DNA of 31,282 nt from Thermoanaerobaculia bacterium (GCA_035577085.1 DATLVW010000883.1:1-31282), one strand, 5' to 3'; positions 1-8,283 are shown, counted from the first letter of the stretch. Notes: generated by a model not told the origin, from the sequence alone. Numbers and translations: made by a program.

Positions 1-999
1 CTGGATCGTCAGCGCGATTCCGTGGTCGGCATCGATCACTCTCCAGGCCCTGGTGCAGACATCATTGCCGCACCCTCCCTGCCACTCGTGGTCGTTCGGT
101 GAGACACGGCGAGGATCCTTGGACGTCATCTCGAGCTGGAGTGCGCTCTCTTTGAGGCCGAGCGCCTTCGCCAGCGCGATCTGCGTCTCTACCGATGCCG
201 CGCCCGGTTTGCGGGAGATCACTTCCAGCCCGTCGAGCGGTTGGAGATCATGACGCAGCGCGTAGTCGGCGATGCCCTCGGCCACATCGTGGCGATTGGG
301 GATTGCATCGAGGGGATGGCGATGCAATTCGTTGAGGAGCGCTTTGATCAGCGGCTCCGTATCGCTGTGATAAGGCGGACTCGGGAACCCATCGATGAGC
401 TCTTCCGGCGTTGCTGTCGACGCGCGCGCCGGAAATTCATCGAGGCGCTTCCGTTGCAGCTCGCCGCGCAGCGCTCGATAGTCAGCAAACCTGCCATTCG
501 ACACTGCCAGCGCGATCAACGGCCCGATGCCGTCCGCCGTCTGCGGGCCGTTCCTCCGGAGATAGGAAAGATCGCCCGTCAGCTCGAAAATGGGCCCGGC
601 CATCCGTCCGAAGACCGCCGGATCGTGCAGGAGTCTGGCGTATGCCGAAAGAACGTCGCGCTGGTCCCGCTCCGGCAATTCCGCCCAGTGGAAGAACCCC
701 GCACGGGCAAAGGCATTCGGCGGATCTTTGCGCTCCGGCGCGAGGCGCGTGGCGTGATCGTAGGCGGCGTGCCAGAGCATCACGCGCTTGTCCGTTCTGG
801 CGTCGAGCGCGACCTCCGTCAGCGCGCTTGCCGCCGCCCAGTCCGTCGGGTGGTGCGCGATGCGTGTCGCCAGCAGGCGCACGTCCGGCTGCGTTTTCAC
901 GTCGCCCATCTCCGGCGGCCTGACGACAAACGCCGCCGCCGCTGCCAGCATCGTCACGGCCACGGCGATCAGGAGCACGCGCGATCCGAGGATGGTCAC
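1..999 (-). CDS. hypothetical protein with N-terminal signal/membrane anchor (3' end runs off the window)
   Basis: Absent from the ORF track. GTG at 999-997 overlaps the GT4 stop (GTGA). Manual translation begins MTILGSRVLLIAVAVTMLAAAAAFVVRPP and I found no stop before position 1. The 241..1056 + ORF is its antisense shadow. Confidence 0.75.
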   Translation of the reverse strand, partial: MTILGSRVLLIAVAVTMLAAAAAFVVRPPEMGDVKTQPDVRLLATRIAHHPTDWAAASALTEVALDARTDKRVMLWHAAYDHATRLAPERKDPPNAFARAGFFHWAELPERDQRDVLSAYARLLHDPAVFGRMAGPIFELTGDLSYLRRNGPQTADGIGPLIALAVSNGRFADYRALRGELQRKRLDEFPARASTATPEELIDGFPSPPYHSDTEPLIKALLNELHRHPLDAIPNRHDVAEGIADYALRHDLQPLDGLEVISRKPGAASVETQIALAKALGLKESALQLEMTSKDPRRVSPNDHEWQGGCGNDVCTRAWRVIDADHGIALTIQ

Positions 1000-2126
1000 G
1001 TCAGCACGTTCTCCCACGCTGCCATTGCGATCGGCGGCGCGTACATCGTTTCGTAGAGCGACCGGCCGCGCTCGCCCATCGCCCGTGCGCGTTCGGGATT
1101 CGTGGCCAGCTCGCGGACGCAGCGCGCCAGTCCGGCGCCGTCGCCGGATTCGACAACCATTCCGCAGTCATGTGTATTGATGATACGCGCCAGCTCGCCA
1201 TTCGCGCTTCCGGCGAACAGCACGGGACGGGCGACGGCGAGAATTCCGTGGAACTTGCTGGGGACGACCAAACCCTCGAGCGATGGCTGCTGCGTGACGA
1301 GATGCGCGTCCACTGCCGAGAGGCTCTCGCTCAATTGTTCGCGTGGCGCGTACTCGGCGAAGCGGACATTGGGGAGATGTTCCCTCCGAATGACGTCGAG
1401 CTGCGCGCCGCCTCCCGTGACGAGGAACTCGATCGTGCTGTCGTCGCGCAACGCACGCATCGCGGCGAGCATGGTGCTCGCGTCGTGTGCGCGCCCGAGG
1501 TTGCCGGAATAGCCAACGATGAACCGGTCGTGCCGGTCATCGACCGGACAGAGCGAGGCGTCCGCCCAGTTGTGAATGACCACAGCGTTCGGAAGCCGCG
1601 CCGCCATCGACTCGCTGATGGCGACATTCGTTCTTGCGCGCCGCAGCGACCAGTTGCGGATGCCGCGCAATACGCGCAGTGCCCTCATGCCGAGCGCCTC
1701 GGCTACTTCCGGGAAGAGATCCTGCGTCCAGTTGACGAGTGTGGCTCGCCGCAGCATCGCCGCGATCGCCGCGACGACGGAGATCAGAGGCGGATCGGTC
1801 AGCGCGACGATTACCGTTTCCCGCCGCGCTTTCCGGAACAGCGCCACGAATGCGCTCAAGTAGAACGTCGCGTAATCGATGGCCCGGCCGGGAAGGAAGC
1901 TCCGCCCAAACCGCGTGGACCAGACGCGGTTCACGGCGACTCCCTGCACTGTTTCCCGCGGCGAAAGTCCAGCCGCCGCATCCCCGTAGCGCTGCCTGCT
2001 CGTGACGACTTCCACCCGCCACCCCCGCGCAGCCAGATGAAAAGCGAGGTCGGACAACATCTGACTTGTTGCAGAATGATCAGGATGGAAGAAGCGATTC
2101 ACGAAGATGACGTGTCGCGCGCACAT
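996..2126 (-). CDS. glycosyltransferase family 4 (WbuB-like)
   Basis: N-terminal IFVNRFFHPD, central WTQDLFPE, C-terminal YSGNLGRAH and VVPSKFHGILAVARPV, typical of GT4 GT-B fold enzymes. Confidence 0.9.
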   Translation of the reverse strand: MCARHVIFVNRFFHPDHSATSQMLSDLAFHLAARGWRVEVVTSRQRYGDAAAGLSPRETVQGVAVNRVWSTRFGRSFLPGRAIDYATFYLSAFVALFRKARRETVIVALTDPPLISVVAAIAAMLRRATLVNWTQDLFPEVAEALGMRALRVLRGIRNWSLRRARTNVAISESMAARLPNAVVIHNWADASLCPVDDRHDRFIVGYSGNLGRAHDASTMLAAMRALRDDSTIEFLVTGGGAQLDVIRREHLPNVRFAEYAPREQLSESLSAVDAHLVTQQPSLEGLVVPSKFHGILAVARPVLFAGSANGELARIINTHDCGMVVESGDGAGLARCVRELATNPERARAMGERGRSLYETMYAPPIAMAAWENVLT

Positions 2127-2215
2127 GCGGATGCGGACATTATGCGGCCCCCGTCCTGGCGGCGACTGGAGTCTTCGCTAGTCCCCATTTCTCGTCCGTT
2201 TACGCGACTCCCTCA

Positions 2216-3189
2216 CATCGAGCGCCTTCTCCCCCCGGGCTTTTTCGGGGGGAGAAGGTGCCGAAGGCGGATGAGGGGGGCGTTGAGAAATGCGATACGT
2301 ACGTTCTTTCCGAGAGCCGTGAGCAATGCCGCGATAGTCAAACGCCCCCTCATCCGGCCTTCGGCCACCTTCTCCCCCACAAAAAGCGTGGGGGAGAAGG
2401 CGCTCGATAGAACGATGCTGCCAAGGAATCCCTACAAGTGTGAGAAATCCAAGCTAGGTCGTATTTCTCACAGTTCTCAGCGACTCCTTCACATCGAGCG
2501 CCTTCTTTCCCCGGGCTTTTTCGGGGGGAGGGTCCGACGGCCTGCGGCCGACCGCCGTGGACGAAGATTGCACCCGCGGCTGAATACACGCACAGCGAAC
2601 CTACTGAAGGTTCGCGCTCACGCAAAATGTCTGCGACTAAAACGTCGCAAAGGGGGACAAACATTGTACTTGCGCCTGAAAACGATGTCCACCCACCCAC
2701 GCGATCTTCAGAGCAGAAGGTGCCGAAGGCGGATGAGGGGGGCGTTGAGAAATGCAATAAGCACGTTCTTCCCGAGAGCCCTGAGCAACGATGCCGCGAT
2801 AGTCAAACGCCCCCTCATCCGGCCTTCGGCCACCTTCTCCCCCACAAAAAGCGTGGGGGAGAAGGCGCTCGATGGAAAGATGCTGCCGAGGAATCTCTGC
2901 AAGGGTGAGAAATGCAGGCTGGGTCGTATTTCTCACAATTCTCAGCGACACCTTCACATCGAGCGCCTTCACAATTCTCAGCGACTCCTTAACATCGAGC
3001 GCCTTCTCCCCCCGGGCTTTTTCGGGGGGAGAAGGTGCCGAAGGCGGATGAGGGGGGCGTTGAGAAATGCGATAAGCACGTTCTTTCCGAGAGCCGTGAG
3101 CAACGATGCCGCGATAGCCAAACGCCCCCTCATCCGGCCTTCGGCCACCTTCTCCCCCACAAAAAGCGTGGGGGAGAAGGCGCTCGATG
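2216..3189. repeat. composite REP/BIME-like array: three ~276-279 bp units, each with two inverted palindromic arms
   Basis: Arm CATCGAGCGCCTTCTCCCC...GGGGAGAAGGTGCCGAAGGCGGATGAGGGGGGCGTT starts at 2216, 2492 and 2993 (partial 36-bp duplicate at 2957). Each is followed by its near reverse complement AACGCCCCCTCATCCGGCC...GGGGAGAAGGCGCTCGAT. Confidence 0.92.
2529..2714. other. 186-bp hairpin-rich insertion interrupting repeat unit 2
   Basis: The arm sequence GGGGGG|AGAAGG is split at 2528/2529 and resumes at 2715. The insert holds stems GCGAACCT/AGGTTCGC, TGCGAC/GTCGCA and GTCC(G)ACGGC/GCCGTGGAC. Confidence 0.8.
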
Positions 3190-3265
3190 GAAAGATGCTG
3201 CCAAGGAATCCCTCTAAGGGTCATAAATCAACGCTTCTCCAACCACCACCCCCGGTCGCCCCCCA

Positions 3266-5011
3266 ATGATCATCCTCGGAATCAACGCCCATCACGCCGA
3301 CGCCTCGGCGGCCATCGTCGTTGACGGGAAACTCGTCGCCGCCGCCGAGGAAGAGCGCTTCCGCCGCATCAAGCACTGGGCCGGTTTCCCGTCCGTCGCT
3401 ATCCGCTACTGCCTCGACGAAGCGCGTGTCGATCTGAACGACGTCGACCACATCGCCGTCAACCGCGATCCGAATGCGCGGCTCTTTCAGCGCGCCAAAT
3501 TCATCCTGGCCAAGCGTCCCTCGATCGGAGCCATTCGGAAGCGTCTCGCCAACCGCGCGAAGATCGTCAGCATCGACGACGAGCTGCGGCAGGCCTTCAG
3601 TGTCGAGACGCTGAAGCCGGTTCTGCATCACGTCGAGCATCACCGCGCGCATCTCGCCTCGGCATACTTCGTCGCGCCGTTCGACGACGCCGCAGTGCTC
3701 TCCGTCGATGGCTTCGGTGACTTTGTCAGCTCGATGTGGGGCGTCGCGTCGCGCAACAAGATCGAGGTGCTCGGCGAGATCGGATTCCCCCACTCCCTCG
3801 GCATCTTTTACACCGCCATGACCCAATACCTCGGCTTCCCTCACTACGGAGACGAGTACAAGGTCATGGGCCTGGCGCCGTACGGCAAGCCTGCGCAGAT
3901 CGGTGCGATGCGCGACATCGTTCACGTGCAGAACGACGGCACCTTTCGGCTCAACCTCGATTACTTCACCCATCACTCCGCGGGCCTGGACATGGTCTGG
4001 CAGGGAGGAATGCCCGTCATCGGTCCCGTCTATTCGCAGCACCTCATCGACCGCCTCGGCCCGATGCGCGCGCCTGACGATCCGATCGAGCAGCAGCACA
4101 AAGATCTCGCGGCGTCGATGCAGGCCATGTTCGAAGAAGCCTTCTTCGCGCTGGCGAACGCGCTCTACGAAAAGACGAAGAATCCGCGCTTCTGTCTGGC
4201 CGGCGGTTGCGGCTACAACAGCGTCGCCAACGGGATGGTCTTCGACCGCTCGCGGTTCCGTGACCTCTATATCCAGGCCGCTGCCGGCGACGCCGGAGGC
4301 GCGATCGGCGCCGCGTACTGGGTCTGGAACGAGATCCTCGGCAGCACCAAGTCGTTCGTGATGACGCACGCGTACTGGGGTCCGGAGTACGACGACGTGG
4401 CCATCGACGAATCGATCGAAGCGCGGCGCGCCGATCTTGACGCCGCCGGCTGCACGATCGAGCGCGTTAGCGACGAACGTGAACTTTGCCGCCGCACCGC
4501 CGCACAGATCGCGGAAGGCGACGTGGTCGGCTGGTTCCAGGGGCGCATGGAGTGGGGCCCGCGCGCCCTCGGCAACCGCTCCATCGTCTGCGATCCGCGC
4601 CGCGCCGACATGAAGGACATCCTCAACAAGAAGATCAAGCGCCGCGAGTCGTTCCGCCCCTTCGCTCCGTCGGTGTTACGCGAAGCCGTCGGCACCTGGT
4701 TCGAGACCGATTACGACGTCCCCTTCATGCTGCAGGTCTACCAGATCCGCGAAGAGAAACGGGCGCTGATTCCGGCAGTCACGCACGTCAACGGATCGGG
4801 ACGTCTGCAATCAGTCGACGAAGATCAGAACGCGCGCTACCACCATCTCATCGAAGCCTTCCGCGATGTCACCGGCGTTCCGCTCGTGCTCAACACTTCG
4901 TTCAACGAGAACGAGCCGGTCGTCAACACCCCGGCCCAGGCTCTCGACTGCTTCCTGCGCACGAAGATGGACCTGCTGGTGATGGGCGACATAATGATCC
5001 GGCGGCAATGA
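3266..5011 (+). CDS. carbamoyltransferase, NodU/CmcH family
   Basis: ILGINAHHADASAA, EEERFRRIKH, HHRAHLASAY, SVDGFGD, EYKVMGLAPYG, GRMEWGPRALGNRS, KRRESFRPFAPS, LNTSFN motifs. Confidence 0.95.
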   Translation: MIILGINAHHADASAAIVVDGKLVAAAEEERFRRIKHWAGFPSVAIRYCLDEARVDLNDVDHIAVNRDPNARLFQRAKFILAKRPSIGAIRKRLANRAKIVSIDDELRQAFSVETLKPVLHHVEHHRAHLASAYFVAPFDDAAVLSVDGFGDFVSSMWGVASRNKIEVLGEIGFPHSLGIFYTAMTQYLGFPHYGDEYKVMGLAPYGKPAQIGAMRDIVHVQNDGTFRLNLDYFTHHSAGLDMVWQGGMPVIGPVYSQHLIDRLGPMRAPDDPIEQQHKDLAASMQAMFEEAFFALANALYEKTKNPRFCLAGGCGYNSVANGMVFDRSRFRDLYIQAAAGDAGGAIGAAYWVWNEILGSTKSFVMTHAYWGPEYDDVAIDESIEARRADLDAAGCTIERVSDERELCRRTAAQIAEGDVVGWFQGRMEWGPRALGNRSIVCDPRRADMKDILNKKIKRRESFRPFAPSVLREAVGTWFETDYDVPFMLQVYQIREEKRALIPAVTHVNGSGRLQSVDEDQNARYHHLIEAFRDVTGVPLVLNTSFNENEPVVNTPAQALDCFLRTKMDLLVMGDIMIRRQ

Positions 5012-5048
5012 GCTGCTCCGGAACAAATGCGCGGGCGCGCCCGCGGGG

Positions 5049-5069
5049 TCAGATCTCACCGCGCTTCAC
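5049..5069 (-). pseudogene. N-terminal stub of a MazF/PemK-like toxin (MKRGEI*)
   Basis: GTG overlaps the antitoxin stop (GTGA) and reads GTG AAG CGC GGT GAG ATC TGA, like the usual MxRGEIW start of PemK/MazF toxins. Downstream sequence is not toxin-like. Confidence 0.55.
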
Positions 5070-5287
5070 CTGCGGTCCTCATGACTGAGTGCTGATTCCC
5101 ATTCAGACAGGCCTGCCTCCGTCAGAGTGTTTTCATCCGGACTGGTCTTCGATAAACGGGCAAGGTCCCAGCGCAAAGGATCCGGGCGGCGCACGAGAAC
5201 GATCCCTACGCGCTCACCCGGGCGCAATGGTAGGCGGCGCATCGGACGAAGCACGCCATCATTGAACTCCGCTTCGATCACTTCCAT
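5066..5287 (-). CDS. antitoxin, DUF104/AF2212-like family
   Basis: MEVIEAEFNDGVLRPMRRLPLRPGERVGIVL matches the DUF104 pattern (IEAxxxxGVLxP..L..G..V.I). Start moved to ATG 5287. Confidence 0.8.
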   Translation of the reverse strand: MEVIEAEFNDGVLRPMRRLPLRPGERVGIVLVRRPDPLRWDLARLSKTSPDENTLTEAGLSEWESALSHEDRR

Positions 5288-5361
5288 CCAGTCAAACGGT
5301 AACACGGAAGTTGAGGTTGATAAGGAAAAGGAACGACAGATCGGGCGACTATCGCTGAAAT

Positions 5362-5391
5362 GCGCGGGCGCGCCTTCGGACGCGCCCGCGC
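5362..5391 (-). terminator. GC-rich hairpin downstream of the 189-aa gene (terminator or REP-like)
   Basis: GCGCGGGCGCGCC-TTCG-GACGCGCCCGCGC with only a weak U-tract. A loop-less relative (GCGGGCGCGCCCGC) lies at 5031-5044. Confidence 0.5.
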
Positions 5392-5418
5392 GGACTACTT
5401 CTTACTGCACGACACCAG

Positions 5419-5988
5419 TTACTTGGTCTTCGGATTGGTCGTCGATGACGATGCCGTCACCGCCGAGGTCTCCGTAGTCGTAACCGGGGTTGCCGCCTTC
5501 GGGGCCGGCTTGGACTTGGAATTCCGTCCGCGGCGGCCGAGTGCCTTGCTCATGTCTTCGACATGGGGAAGGAGATCGGCGGTCTCGGGACGCTTGGCCA
5601 GAAGACGCGCCATGGCGTAGGTAGTGAGCGCGGAGCTCCCCACCTCGCTTTTTGCCACGGCCACGCTGTGGCGGACGAAGTGAGCCTGTGCTTCCAGCTC
5701 ATCGGCCACCGGGGCGTAAGCCTCGGCATAACTCGTCCTATCGCGGTCCTGCTCCAGATCCTGGCCGGACTGACGAACGAGTGGCGCGCTGTTTCTGACG
5801 GCAACGGCCGTCAACTCCACGAACTTCTTCGGAACCGAGGCGGTAGCGATCAGCCGCTGGCCGGCCCCTTTGGAAGTGGGAATCACAAGATTCGGAATCT
5901 TCTGCACGATGGCGCGGATCTCTTCGATGCGCGCCTGCGCAGAATCAGTGTGGGACTGCTCAGGTGTAACGGGTACTTCGGTAGACAA
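5419..5988 (-). CDS. hypothetical helical protein (189 aa) with basic/Thr-Ser-rich tail
   Basis: TTG start with strong SD AAGGAG (plus-strand CTCCTT 5995-6000), protein-like composition, followed by a hairpin. No family recognised. Confidence 0.8.
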   Translation of the reverse strand: MSTEVPVTPEQSHTDSAQARIEEIRAIVQKIPNLVIPTSKGAGQRLIATASVPKKFVELTAVAVRNSAPLVRQSGQDLEQDRDRTSYAEAYAPVADELEAQAHFVRHSVAVAKSEVGSSALTTYAMARLLAKRPETADLLPHVEDMSKALGRRGRNSKSKPAPKAATPVTTTETSAVTASSSTTNPKTK

Positions 5989-6025
5989 TGTGTTCTCCTT
6001 TATCTCTCATTGCAAACTGCTGTGA

Positions 6026-6778
6026 TCAGAGCGAGCAGGTTGAAACGAGCGGAGGAGCACGGCCTCGGAAGATCCGTCTTGAAGCCTCGACGACGGTCAG
6101 ACAAACAGACCGTCGACGAGCAGGAATGCAGGGAGCGTCGTTGCTTTCGAACGGGAACCAATTGGGTGGCCGCAGCGGCGGCGGAATCAGCCGGATGGGA
6201 ACGCGCTTACCCGCATTCGCACCCTGCTCCTCGATAGGGATCGCAATGCTGCCGCCCATCACTCCGTCGAACAGCCACGTCGAGGTGTCCTCCAGCCGCT
6301 TGGAAAAAGCGGCCAGTTGTCCAGCGGCCTTCATCCACTGTACGGACACCTCGGCCAGCTTTGCCGGCGCGTCGAGGGCAAGCTCCGGCGACTGCGCCGC
6401 GCGGTTCCTTGTCTTACGCAGACCAGCCGCTGCGCAGTCGAGTTGTTTCAAGGCCCGGTCCAGCCAGCCCGAGGCGATCTGGATCCGGCGCGCTGCCCGG
6501 ATGGGACGCTCTGCCGCCAAACTCTCTGTGGCCTCGATGACGCGGCGGCAGGCGCTGATCAGGTCGAGCGAAGATTCGATGGCCCGCCGCGTGCGCCGGA
6601 ACGGACGAGTCCACGACTTGCGCCGGTCCCGATCCGATCCGCACGAGCGCAGCCCGGCTCGCCGCGAATGGTTCGCGTTCCTTTGGGAGCCGGATCTGTT
6701 CTCTGCGGTTGCCACGTTTTTTTCCTTCACATCTCTTAGACGCATGAGGTTGGCGAAACTCGCTCGTTTTTCGCCCAA
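6026..6778 (-). CDS. Arg-rich hypothetical protein ending in RGRAPP (candidate ribosome-arrest leader)
   Basis: ORF with a helical core and C-terminal RRIFRGRAPPLVSTCSL. Start uncertain: TTG 6778, ATG 6745, or GTG 6715 preceded by AAGGA. Confidence 0.6.
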   Translation of the reverse strand: MGEKRASFANLMRLRDVKEKNVATAENRSGSQRNANHSRRAGLRSCGSDRDRRKSWTRPFRRTRRAIESSLDLISACRRVIEATESLAAERPIRAARRIQIASGWLDRALKQLDCAAAGLRKTRNRAAQSPELALDAPAKLAEVSVQWMKAAGQLAAFSKRLEDTSTWLFDGVMGGSIAIPIEEQGANAGKRVPIRLIPPPLRPPNWFPFESNDAPCIPARRRSVCLTVVEASRRIFRGRAPPLVSTCSL

Positions 6779-6794
6779 TTGTGGAAACTCAGAA

Positions 6795-6842
6795 AAGATT
6801 TTACAAAGATTTTACAAACATAAACACCAATTTTGTCATTTC
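6795..6842 (-). promoter_or_regulatory. AT-rich putative promoter region with 11-bp tandem duplicate
   Basis: AAGATTTTACA twice (6795-6816), giving two TAAAAT hexamers on the minus strand, directly upstream of the RAPP ORF in an otherwise GC-rich context. Confidence 0.45.
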
Positions 6843-6867
6843 GTCATCGAAATCGTCTTCGTCGTTC

Positions 6868-7098
6868 CCAAAATCTGGCTAACGACAACCAGATTCTGGT
6901 CATCAACAACCAAGTTCCGGTCATCAACAACCAGATTCTGGCTATCAACAGCCAGATTCTGGTCATCAACAGCCAGATTCTGGTCATCAACAGCCAGATT
7001 CTGGTTATCAACAACCAGATTCTGGTTATCAACAGCCAGATTCTGGTTATGAACAACCAGATTCTGGTTATCAGCAACCAGATTCTGGTTAACGACTG
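6868..7098. repeat. 11 tandem copies of a 21-bp unit with an internal palindrome
   Basis: Consensus CCAGATTCTGGT(C/T)ATCAACA(A/G), units starting 6868, 6889 ... 7078. The core CCAGA-T-TCTGG is a dyad. Confidence 0.95.
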
Positions 7099-7112
7099 GA
7101 GCGAAAGGCGGG

Positions 7113-8225
7113 TTACGGCGTGATCACAACCTTCATCACCCCATCCGCGCGCTCGCCGAAGAGTTTGTAAGCTGCGTTGATATCGGCAAGTTTGAAGCGG
7201 TGGGTGAGCAGGGGAGTGAGGTCGAGTTTGCCGCGGCGGACCATCTCGATGAGGCGGCGCATGCGCTCTTTGCCGCCCGGGCAGAGGGTCGTGACGATGC
7301 GGTGGTCGCCGAGGCCGGCGGCGTAGGCGTCGTAGGGGACTTGCAGATTATGCGAATAGACGCCGATTGACGACAGTGTTCCGCCCGGTCTGAGCACCCG
7401 CAGTGCGTTCTCGAAGGTTGCTTGCGTGCCGAGGGCTTCGATGGCGACGTCCACACCGCCGCCGGAGAGTTTGCGGATTTCTGCGATGACGTCGGTGGTG
7501 CGATAGTCGAGCACGATGTCGACGCCCATTTTTCGCGCGGTGGCGATTCGATTATCATCGCCGTCAACACCGATCACGACGGCGGCGCCCATCAGCTTGG
7601 CGCCGAGAGCGGCGCAGAGACCGATTGGGCCCTGTGCGAAGACGGCGACCGAATCGCCGATTTTGACGCCGCCCGATTCCGCGCCGCTGATGCCGGTGGA
7701 CGCGATGTCGGTCAGAAGCACTACCTGGTCGTCGGTCACGCCATCCGGGATTTTCGCCAGGTTGGCCTGCGCGCTCGGCACGAGGAGATACTCGGCCTGC
7801 GCGCCGTTGATCGTGTTGCCGAAACGCCAGCCGCCGATCGCTTCGTATCCGCTGCCATGTCCGCACTGCGAGAGGTTGCCGGAGAGGCAGGCATTGCACT
7901 GGCCGCACGGTGTGATGGCGCCGACGATGACGCGGTCGCCGATTTTGTAGCCGGTCACGCCGGCGCCGAGCTCTTCGATCACGCCGACCGGTTCGTGTCC
8001 GACGATGAGGCCCGGTTTGACGGGATACTCGCCGCGCAGGATGTGCAGATCGGTGCCGCAGATCGTGGTCATCGTGACGCGGATAACGGCTTCGCCCACG
8101 CCGGCGCGCGGCCGCGGGACATCCTCGACGCGAATGTCATCGACGCCGTGAAACACCGCAGCTCGCATCGTTTCGACGTGCGTCGTTCGGATGACTTCTT
8201 CTTCGGCCGCAAAGGTGGTGCTCAT
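7113..8225 (-). CDS. zinc-dependent alcohol dehydrogenase (MDR family)
   Basis: CGTDLH, GHEPVG and the structural-Zn motif CGQCNACLSGNLSQC. Start set to ATG 8225 behind a purine-rich SD. Confidence 0.93.
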   Translation of the reverse strand: MSTTFAAEEEVIRTTHVETMRAAVFHGVDDIRVEDVPRPRAGVGEAVIRVTMTTICGTDLHILRGEYPVKPGLIVGHEPVGVIEELGAGVTGYKIGDRVIVGAITPCGQCNACLSGNLSQCGHGSGYEAIGGWRFGNTINGAQAEYLLVPSAQANLAKIPDGVTDDQVVLLTDIASTGISGAESGGVKIGDSVAVFAQGPIGLCAALGAKLMGAAVVIGVDGDDNRIATARKMGVDIVLDYRTTDVIAEIRKLSGGGVDVAIEALGTQATFENALRVLRPGGTLSSIGVYSHNLQVPYDAYAAGLGDHRIVTTLCPGGKERMRRLIEMVRRGKLDLTPLLTHRFKLADINAAYKLFGERADGVMKVVITP

Positions 8226-8283
8226 AGGAGTTCTCCCCTTCACTGATGATTGCTGCGGCCGCGGATTGCCGCCGCATCGCACG

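Noticed and set aside
1170-2126. 5' half of the 699-aa + ORF as a real gene
   Set aside because: It is the antisense shadow of the GT4 gene. Only the part from ATG 2142 is kept as a hypothesis.
2216-3189. Autonomous insertion sequence
   Set aside because: No transposase, RAYT or other nuclease motif appears in any frame, so it is treated as a non-autonomous repeat array.
6868-7098. CRISPR array
   Set aside because: The units are contiguous 21-mers with near-identical linkers, not unique 25-45 bp spacers, and there are no cas genes.
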